A stretch of DNA of 64,000 nucleotides, taken from positions 26,287,843 to 26,351,842 of the forward strand of contig NC_068992.1 of NCBI RefSeq assembly GCF_001194135.2, read 5' to 3'. The notes under the pieces were generated by a model. The model searched no databases. It saw only the letters and a list, made by a program, of their open reading frames with translations, and was not told the DNA's origin. Each line of letters opens with the position of its first letter. Position 1 is the stretch's first letter. The translations under genes and the position numbers were made by a program. Source of the DNA: Octopus bimaculoides (lineage: Eukaryota). Positions 54,521 through 64,000 of this stretch are shown in pieces.

Positions 54521-54900
54521 TGTGTGGTAAGAAGTTTGCTTACCAACCACTGCGCGGCACCTTGGGTAATTGTCTTCTGATTTAGCTTCAGACAGACCGA
54601 AGACTTGTGTATTGATTTCGTAGACGAAAACTGAAAGAAGCCCGTAGTATATGTATGTATATATGTGTGTGTGTGTGTGTTTGTGTTCGTGTGTCTGTTT
54701 TTGTCCCCACCATCGCTTGACAACTGATATTGATGTAGTGGTTGTATACATGAGGCAGAAAACCTAAGTGCAGGCATGATAGATTAAGTGCTAGGCTTAA
54801 AAAGAAGTCCTACTGTCGATATGTTCTATTAAAGGCGGTGCTCTGGCATGGCCGCAGTCAAATGACTGAAACAAGTAAAAGAATAAAAGAATATAAGAAT
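54521..54900 (+). mobile_element. SINE family C copy
   Basis: TGTGTGGTAAGAAGTTTGCTT head, GAAAACTGAAAGAAGCCCG, internal TG tract, GCCGCAGTCAAATGACTGAAACAAGTAAAAGAATAAAAGAA tail. Confidence 0.85.
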
Positions 54901-54913
54901 ATATATATATATA

Positions 54914-55786
54914 NNNNNNNNNNNNNNNNNNNNNNNNNNNNNNNNNNNNNNNNNNNNNNNNNNNNNNNNNNNNNNNNNNNNNNNNNNNNNNNNNNNNNNN
55001 NNNNNNNNNNNNNNNNNNNNNNNNNNNNNNNNNNNNNNNNNNNNNNNNNNNNNNNNNNNNNNNNNNNNNNNNNNNNNNNNNNNNNNNNNNNNNNNNNNNN
55101 NNNNNNNNNNNNNNNNNNNNNNNNNNNNNNNNNNNNNNNNNNNNNNNNNNNNNNNNNNNNNNNNNNNNNNNNNNNNNNNNNNNNNNNNNNNNNNNNNNNN
55201 NNNNNNNNNNNNNNNNNNNNNNNNNNNNNNNNNNNNNNNNNNNNNNNNNNNNNNNNNNNNNNNNNNNNNNNNNNNNNNNNNNNNNNNNNNNNNNNNNNNN
55301 NNNNNNNNNNNNNNNNNNNNNNNNNNNNNNNNNNNNNNNNNNNNNNNNNNNNNNNNNNNNNNNNNNNNNNNNNNNNNNNNNNNNNNNNNNNNNNNNNNNN
55401 NNNNNNNNNNNNNNNNNNNNNNNNNNNNNNNNNNNNNNNNNNNNNNNNNNNNNNNNNNNNNNNNNNNNNNNNNNNNNNNNNNNNNNNNNNNNNNNNNNNN
55501 NNNNNNNNNNNNNNNNNNNNNNNNNNNNNNNNNNNNNNNNNNNNNNNNNNNNNNNNNNNNNNNNNNNNNNNNNNNNNNNNNNNNNNNNNNNNNNNNNNNN
55601 NNNNNNNNNNNNNNNNNNNNNNNNNNNNNNNNNNNNNNNNNNNNNNNNNNNNNNNNNNNNNNNNNNNNNNNNNNNNNNNNNNNNNNNNNNNNNNNNNNNN
55701 NNNNNNNNNNNNNNNNNNNNNNNNNNNNNNNNNNNNNNNNNNNNNNNNNNNNNNNNNNNNNNNNNNNNNNNNNNNNNNNNNNNNNA
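54914..55786. other. Largest assembly gap (N run)
   Basis: Run of N; about 15 other N-gaps occur, almost all flanked by microsatellites. Confidence 0.99.
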
Positions 55787-56320
55787 GAGAGAGACATATT
55801 TCCATAAATGCCTGCATGTATACAACCATATATGTAAATTATAAGAGAAATATTAGATATGTGATAACAAAATACAGAATATTTCCTAAATGCTACATCA
55901 TATTTGCTAAGAAATATTTTTTTCAGTCGCATTTTCCAAAAAAAAAAAAAAATGGAAAGAAAAAAATTAACAAGTGCCTGTTCAAAGTATATTACATGTT
56001 GATACATGCAAGCATATTTTCTCTGACATTTTCCATATCTCGGTATGTTGTAATAAATATGCTTCTATACTACCAATGGTATTCTTTAACAGAATACTAC
56101 AGGCAAGTTTTAAAATAATGTAATTCAATAAGAAAATCTAAAATTATTAGCATTAATCGATCTCTTATTTTATCTCATGTTGCTAGCTTCAGGCAGCTTA
56201 CATATTAAAATCGATAAAGCTTGCTTCTGTCTTGTTCTTGTGGTATAGCTTCAGATGCACTAAAAGATACATATTCGCGCATATGTGAGTTTGTATGTGT
56301 GTGTATATGTATACGCATAC

Positions 56321-56321
<1 letters not shown>

Positions 56322-56375
<54 letters not shown>
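56322..56375. repeat. (ATAG)n microsatellite
   Basis: Directly visible. Confidence 0.95.
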
Positions 56376-56379
<4 letters not shown>

Positions 56380-56949
56380 GAGATAGACTGGCGGAAAGAC
56401 ACTCAGACAGACACACAGACAGACACCCAGACGTCATATTCCTATAATAGACACCACTACACTGATGACAATTCATTGGTCTCTTGTTTCATACTGCGTT
56501 TCTAATTTCCTCTAAACCGCGATTACTTTGTTTGCTTTTATACATTACAATATTAACACTAGAATCAACAAGATCCTGTTCTTAGTGACAACTCTATTTT
56601 ATATCATTGATTAAATTGGTAATTATTCGAGACTGTCAGGTCAATCTCATTAAAAATTTTGTAAGATATTTCTTTAAAAATAAGCATGGAAGTATTCAAT
56701 AAAAATTTCATAATTATATTTTTAAACTGTTTTCAATTTATTTTTCTCCCAAATGCTATGTCTTAATCTTATTATAAATAGCTTTTTCTTCATAGTTTTT
56801 CACAATCTAACTATTTATCTCGCTTCCCTTAGGTGACTAGTTTGATGTTTCTCCTGAAAGAAGCTCTGTTGAATATTCTCGAAACATTGAATTTGCTGAC
56901 TAACTAAACTGTTAATTAATCATTGCTTCAATATTTAAATATACACATT

Positions 56950-57470
56950 TTATCTTTTATCTTTTCCTTGTTTCAATTGTACACTGCGGCCATGCTGGAG
57001 CACTTCCTTGGAGTATTTAATTGAAACGAATCAACCCCAGTAACTACATGTAGTTTCCAAGCCTGATACTTTACTTTATCGGTGTTCTTTGTTGAACTAC
57101 GAATCTACAGGGATGTAAATACACCAACACCATTTGTCAAGTGGTGGTGAGAGGTACAAAGACACAAATACACACGCACACATTTATCTATCTGTTGCTC
57201 TATGTAAGGTGGCATATAAATTAAAGAATTAAATTTAATGCTATGCATCTTCGTACGAATCCTTGTTATTAATATTATTTATATATATATACTGAGATCT
57301 TCTTTCAGTTTCCGCATTCCGGATCCCTTCACAAGGCTTTGGTCGACCCGAGACTATAGTAGAAGACATCGGCGGACGGTACCACGCAGAGCGTGGAGCA
57401 ATGAGTTTGGAGCAATGCGGAGCAATGTGTTTGGCAAGCAAACATCTCACCCCACAGCTACGCTTGCTCC
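56950..57470 (-). mobile_element. SINE family C copy, diverged
   Basis: Reverse complement contains GTCTTCTACTATAGTCTCGGGTCGACCAAAGCCTTGTG, GAAACTGAAAGAAG, CTCCAGCATGGCCGCAG. Confidence 0.75.
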
Positions 57471-58388
57471 TACATATAATATAACGAGGCCTGTTGTCGG
57501 TTCACTGCATTACTGTTTAGATATGTAAACAGCGCGAGTATAATATATAATTAATGAGAAATATACTAATTTCGAATCCTGGGATGAAATATTTTCGAAG
57601 CAGCCGTGCACATCATCTAAATTAATAAGGTTGACAGAAGCTTACTTGAGGTCGCTATCGTATCAATTTTACACTCCTCTTTACGGATGAGTGTGCGAAT
57701 CATTCTATTCTGAGATAAACATTGCCTTTGTGAGTTCCTTCTGTTTCATTTTGTCCTGGAAGTTCTTTTCTCTTTTCTTATGTTACATATAAATTAGATA
57801 CATGTTGTATCATTTGTACATGTCAAAAGAACTGCGGTAGACTTATATTTCTTCCTTTCGGAACCGATAAAATAACTACCATTTCTGCGCTGGAGTTAAA
57901 ATAATCGACTTAGCCTTCCCACTAATGTTGCTGCCTTATGGCAAGACTTCAAAGAATTATATGTTACAAGAGTAACTAATCACGAGGCTCACGTTAAGTT
58001 TTATTGTTAACGTTAAGTGAATGATTAACTTCGCCACCAAAATATGATTGAACAGCGTTCAAACGCTACTACGTGAGCGCGCTCAATTTTTGACGTTCTT
58101 TATACTTCGTTCTCGTAATTACTCTGTAAATGGTTTTAGAAAGTGCCTGGAAAGGAAGAAATGTGCCGAATTTTTCTGAAGGTGACTTTATTAACGCAAG
58201 CTTCTCTTCTAGACTTCATTCTTGTAACTACTCAGAAAATAATTTTAGGAAATGCGTAAAAGGGAAGAATTAAGTCAAATTTTTGTGACATTGATTTAAT
58301 TAGGGCAAACTCTCTGAAAACTACAGATGTAAACGAATATATATTAGGATGTATGTATTTAAATGTTCTTAATAGTTATAAGGTGTGA

Positions 58389-58735
58389 GGCGATGAGCTG
58401 ACAGAATCGTTAGCCCGCCGAGCAAAATGCTTAACCGCATTCCGTCAGTCTTTATATTCTGACTTCAAGTTACGTCGAGGTCAACTTTGCCTTTCATCAT
58501 TTCGGAGTCGACAAAATAATGAATACCAGTTGAGCATTGAGGTCATAATAATCAACTTAACACCTCTTCCAACATTGCTGGCTTTGTGCCAATGTTTGAA
58601 ACCAATTACGGACGTCGACTTTGCCTTCCATGCTTCGGGATGATAAAATAAGAACCACTTGAGGACTGGGGTCGATATAATCGACTTAACCTCTTCCCCG
58701 ATCTTGCTGACCTTGCGCCAAAATTTGAAATGAAT
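58389..58735 (+). mobile_element. Two tandem SINE family B copies (full about 58389-58607; 5'-truncated about 58611-58735)
   Basis: GGCGATGAGCTGACAGAATCGTTAGC head; GTC(A/G)ACTTTGCC core occurs twice; two TG(T/C)GCCAA..TTTGAAA tails. Confidence 0.8.
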
Positions 58736-59855
58736 ACTAGTTTTGAGAGTATGGTATAACTCGAGAGGGTTTTTAGAGATATTGTAATCCCATAAAATAT
58801 ACGTTTAAAACATTATTTTCACTTTTAGCACGAATAAAAATCACAATATTCTTTTGGCAGCAAGAAGGAAAACTTTGATGTTATTTTCAGAAATTGAGTA
58901 TTTGGCCATTTTCATAGATTTGAAATATTTTTCGTAGTACTTCAGTGATTTTGGTTTTGTTACAAGCAGCACATTAGCTTTTGTAATTATGATTAGTTAT
59001 TTCTATTTACGTTGATTGTCGTTTTAATTGGTTGATTGCTTAAAACACTAGTGTAATGGCCTGTTTACTTTATTTAATTTAGAAGTCATTAATATATTTT
59101 AATACGCAGAAGTTTATGTCAGTTTATGCCTGTTATTTAAATTACACTTATTAAGCACAAATTAACGTTTGTTTATAGTTTTATTTCATTTATCGTAATG
59201 AATTTTAGATATTATATCAATGAGTCTAGAATGGCTATATACATTTAATTTTTGCTATTATTTTGGGAAGGTAATTGTTGTCTTATGTATTGTAAGGTTT
59301 ATGTTTTATCACAAATATTTTTTCCACATGTTACGGGTACTGTGGAGACCGTTGTTCGATTGAATGTTAGTGTCTAGTTTTTTTTATCAAAATCGCAGAG
59401 ATTCCCTGGAAATTAAATTATGATGGAATATTTATATCCGTGTGGTTTGAATTGATGTCATTGTGATGTTCATGCAGTGGTTTTTAGGTTCACCTTTTGG
59501 TTCAGCTTTTATTATGCTAGGAATAATAGCCAAAATCCTTTATTAGCCACAAAAGTACTATCTTAGTAGGCTAAGAAGGGGGAGAGAAATCTGCCTCTGC
59601 ATTAAAAATTCGAAATCACGTACATGGCTATATTTGCGACCGTCGGGCACTTTGTCTCCCTTATTAGCTTGCTAAGTGCATTTGTGATTAATGAGTCGTT
59701 TTGACTCTTATTTCTAGCAATGCGGGTACCACTTTGTATCCCTTCTGTCTTTAGTGACGTCCATAAGTTTACCTTTTGGTTGTTACATTGCTGATATGCC
59801 CCTCCCACATTATATATATATATATACATATATGTATATATATATATATATATAT

Positions 59856-60044
59856 GACCGTTGACCGAACACTATTCAATTTTTTTTCTCCGTGTTTTTC
59901 TCCTTGTCTCCGTATTCTTTCTGTTGGAGAGCGTAGCTCGAAACGTTAAAGACTTTCCGTATTCCCGAGCGTCATACTAATACATCCTTTTGTTGTTTAC
60001 ACCACCTGTACTCGTCTGTTGTTGTTTTTTTTTCGTACATTCTC

Positions 60045-60046
<2 letters not shown>
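59856..60046 (+). mobile_element. (TA)n-flanked interspersed repeat with hammerhead-like motif (Penelope pLTR-like), copy 2
   Basis: 59916-59952 reads TCTTT-CTGTTGGA-GAGCGTAGCTC-GAAACGTT-AAAGA; TA arrays on both sides; homologous to 14214-14385. Confidence 0.7.
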
Positions 60047-60114
<68 letters not shown>

Positions 60115-60999
60115 GCATACTTTGTATGTGTGTATGTGTCTGTGTGTGTGTGATGTATCCGTGTTTGCATATAGTAATATAGAAGGAAAGATAGTTCGTT
60201 TGTCAAAGCGGATATTTTGAATAGCTTTTAAAAATTATGTTTTGTGAATAAAAAGACAGGAATCTCCATTGGCAACTAAAGTATTGTTAATTACTCAATT
60301 AGTTAACGGTTTCAGCTATAATACTTGTGTAGCAATACTAATTTCAGACAAATTAAGACAATATATAATATCAATACTAATTGTGGCAATTCTTGAAGTT
60401 ATGACAATCACTGTACAAAAAATTTTAATGAATAGAAAATTTCTTCGCCATTTCTGATACAAAATGATACTAATTGCCAATCGACAAAAGTAAAATTGAT
60501 GTTTTAAACTTGTCTGGTATTTTTATGGTAAAACATAAAGAAAAGCTGGAAATAATGAGATCTATACAGCCTAAAGAATTTGTTCATGTGTTTGCTTTTT
60601 CTTAATGGTTACTTCTCTCTGAAAATGTACATATTTCACTAAATCGTTATAATTTTGCATATTACACAAGAAACTCGTCGAAAGCCAAAACAATTGGTTC
60701 ATGATTTTCTGAAAGTATTACTTTTAATTTCGTAATAATTTTGCTCTAATTTTCACTAGAATTCTTTCACTTGTTAACCGTTTATCTTTTCTTACATTTG
60801 ACTTCGACTTTCTGTGTATATTTAAGTCTGGATGTATCTATCTGTGCAGTGGAATGCTTATGTTTAGTTGCGTTACGTTTGTACTTGTTTCGTTGCGTTT
60901 GCTATGTATGAATGGCGCTTGCATACAGAATCATTGCACACATAGTTACATAGAAAATATAATTATTTTCAATTGAATAATATCGGTAGATATTATTCG

Positions 61000-62440
61000 G
61001 TGCTCATTAGAAAGTGCCTAGGCCTACCTCATATATGAAGCAGTTCAGATCTTTATCGTAAAATAGGCTCATTGCAGTTACCACTGGCGTCAATAGTCGA
61101 AATTTATAAACTACGGAAGATACGAATGGTTATGAGGCTGAGAGAGTCGAAGGACATGGAAATCAGGCGTAATCCACCAGACGTGAAAACAGCCAGGAAG
61201 TGGAAATCAGAAGCAGAGACTGATGACATTCTGTCTTCTCTTACACACCGAGATATGGTGTGTGCAGCGCAAATTCGTCGGAAAGGGCTTGGTTTTGACG
61301 CAGATTGGTTCAGACTGTTTGCAAGTATGATGAGGAGTGAACATAGATCTGTTGTTAGCACCAGCATCAGAAGAAGGGAAGCATAGATAAGAGAGCTTCA
61401 TTTAATCCAATGCACTCAACAAGGACAGATGACGAGATGGGAGTAACATGTTGTTCACAGAAAAATAAGTTGGAATGAGACGTAGAGGTGGAACACACCT
61501 CGGTTAAGTTTTCTGATTCGTTCATCCTATGGCGTCTTACCATCACCTGCAAGTCTGGTAAGATTGAACGTCTCAGAGAATGATATATACAAATTCTGAA
61601 AGGTCGGAAAACTGAAACATATTCTCTCCAACTGTTCAATTGCATTGAATAGGTATACATGGAGACACAACCTGGTCCCAAAGGTTATCTTCAATACTAT
61701 AAAAAACCAAACTGATCTCAACAACAGTGACAAAAAAACCCTTGAAATTACCAACTAGAGATTACATTATCTTCGTGTGCTCAGGACAGCAGATCTGTTT
61801 CAAGAAAAAAAAACTTCCTGTGAGTTATGAAGGATGGAACGGTTATTGAGAGGTGGCTGAGGATTTGTCAGGGTGCCAGGGACTCTTTCCCGTCTCAGTC
61901 GCGAAAAACCAGACGTTTGGTGTGGTGTGAATGAAAGAAAGTTGTGAATCTAGTGGAGGTAACTGTTCCTCCTGAAGATAACATTGACACCGCTCGGGAT
62001 CAAACGATTGACCGTTATGTAAACCTCCTCGAAGAATGTGAAGACGCAGCTTGGAAAGCGGAGAATTTTCCAATCGAAGTTGGACGTAGAGGGTTTGTTG
62101 GACAAAGTGTGAGGCGACTGTTGTTATTGATAGGCCTAACTCATCGTAAACTAAATACCACCATGACCCATATCCATACTACAGTGGAAAAGGCTAGCCA
62201 CTGGATTTGGTTTAAAAGAGATGATGAGCGAAGGCTAGAAGAATATTGAGCTTTATTTCATTACCAGTTGATCTAGCAAGCGGGGCCTCATATCGGTGAA
62301 GGGGATGGTGGGCAATGATGCCGTCGAAAGGTAGGCCCCTAAACGGCGCACATTCTCTTCTGAAACCCCATACACTTGCTAGCTTCCAGTATGCGGAGCT
62401 TTCGACTGGTAGCACTTGCATGTGCAAATTGTTTGAAAAA
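61000..62440 (+). mobile_element. Hero-like RLE non-LTR retrotransposon, 5'-truncated and decayed
   Basis: IRKCLGLP...LQLPLASIVEIYK, TARKWKSE, RKGLG, HILSNCSIALNRYTWRHN, KPDV, VEVTVPPEDNI...RY, FPIEVGRRGFVGQS, ASHWIWFKR, followed by a 3' UTR. Confidence 0.85.
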
Positions 62441-64000
62441 CGTCTAGTTTATGGTCGGTTTGGAAGTTTGAAATCTAAATCAAGGAGTACAGAAGGCGTT
62501 TAAAAATTTGATATTTCCTTTATTATTTATTATAAAGATACAAATTTAATATTTCTTTTGTAAACACGTTTAATATTTTCTTTATATTATAAAGACCTTA
62601 CAATTTCTTATCACTGGTATCATTGTATAGTGCTATTTCATCCTTTTTTTGAAATTGTCAGCACGGTATAAATCGAGGCAAATGACTTATGCTAAATGAA
62701 ATATTTTTACAAAAGGTTCTCGTTGCCTCCACCTTACATCGAAAATTCATTGGAAGCTATAAACGCATGTCTGAGTAGGAGATAAATTTGCCGGCATAAA
62801 CAAACGCTGCAATACATAAGATTTAAATGTTACTTTCCCCACTCCAATACATATGTCTGGTTGATAAAGAATGTATATTATCATATTTAATATTACATTT
62901 TAGCTAATAATTTCACTGATCTTATACTCTGTTCCCTCATTAAGCAAGCAGAAATTTTGTAAAGAATTCCTTCATGAATTTATATGAAGTTGACTTCGCA
63001 ATCATGACGGCTTTAACTTGGTACGATACGATATAATGGTGTGGCAGTTCGGAAAATAGTGTTTTAACATCGATTTATTTCGTTCCACAAGTACGTGAAC
63101 AAAAGTTGTTTCGTGGAAAAAGAAAGACTGTGAAATAGACTAGAGTTGCAAAAGAAACAATCACGCAAATCAGAAACAGCAACATCCAGGGTATCTGAGA
63201 GGATTGCGTACAAATACCCATCGAATATTCACACACTTGCTTTATAAGGACATGTATAGTTATGTACTTTTATCGAGTACGCGGAAAACTCATCCACAAA
63301 TCCGAGGCGAGTCATTCCTATAAATATTTTGATCATCGTTTTCAAACATTTTATATTTTGAACATTATGGTAGGCCTAAGTGTCAAACATTTCGTATATA
63401 TTCTAGACTGCTTTGTTACTTTGTTACTGGAAATAAATATATCTTTACATCTTTTTATCAATATATAAGTATATCTAGTTGATTTCGTTTAATAATGCTT
63501 TGTCTCGGTTAGTTAGTACAAGAAAAAAACTCTTTCGAGAGTTCGTGTCATGAAATATGAAATTCCATGAAATATATTTTTTCCTGTTGACAGAGGTCGG
63601 TTGCCTATGAAATGTAAAATCTCTTGATAGTAGACAAACATGAATATCTGAAAGACGAAATGTTCCGATGATGTATGTCAAGTAAAGTATCAGTGCCCTT
63701 ATGAAAATATTGAATATCGATAAGATATATACCAGTGGCACCGAAGAGCAAACGTTTTATAACATGCAACATATGTGTGCGTGTGTGTGTGTATACATGT
63801 ATACATAACAATACGTACGTAATATTACATATGTTGACATTTTCAACGTTTATACGTGTGTAGGCACATATAATCATGCAGCCACGTATACACACGTACA
63901 CACACTCACATATACACGGATATTGAGTGGGTGATTGAGTGAGCGAGTGACTGAAAAAACGCGTGATCGACAGAAAGAGAGACAGAGATAAAAGCAATGA

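Noticed and set aside
59620-59700. MAIFATVGHFVSLISLLSAFVI resembling class B GPCR TM1
   Set aside because: In-frame stop just upstream, no acceptor AG, and no other TM exons found.
63079-63140. REQKLFRGKR, resembling an amidated neuropeptide cleavage site
   Set aside because: Single short motif with no precursor context; expected by chance.

Overview
AT-rich, repeat-dense eukaryotic DNA from a gapped short-read assembly (about 16 N-gaps, nearly all abutting microsatellites). The SINE/LINE complement and the (TA)n/(AAT)n/(ATAG)n load resemble an octopod cephalopod genome (inference). I cannot confidently call any host protein-coding gene: most listed ORFs are microsatellite or N-run artefacts, so the window is probably intronic or intergenic. 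Supported content: four decayed Tc1/mariner-superfamily transposons (one with both TIRs and TA flanks, interrupted by a SINE), a mariner-derived MITE, a long-TIR foldback MITE, four R4/Dong-type LINE 3' fragments sitting in or beside trinucleotide arrays, a Hero-like LINE plus a short copy of its 3' UTR, two RTE-type RT fragments, a Penelope-like RT fragment and about 18 tRNA-derived SINE copies from four families (my labels A-D). The most interesting signals are minimal hammerhead-ribozyme motifs of the Penelope-associated type: one with a canonical core (39295-39340) and a two-copy (TA)n-flanked repeat family carrying an A6-to-U core variant. None of this establishes a new biological system; these are testable leads. 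Element boundaries are read by eye and approximate.
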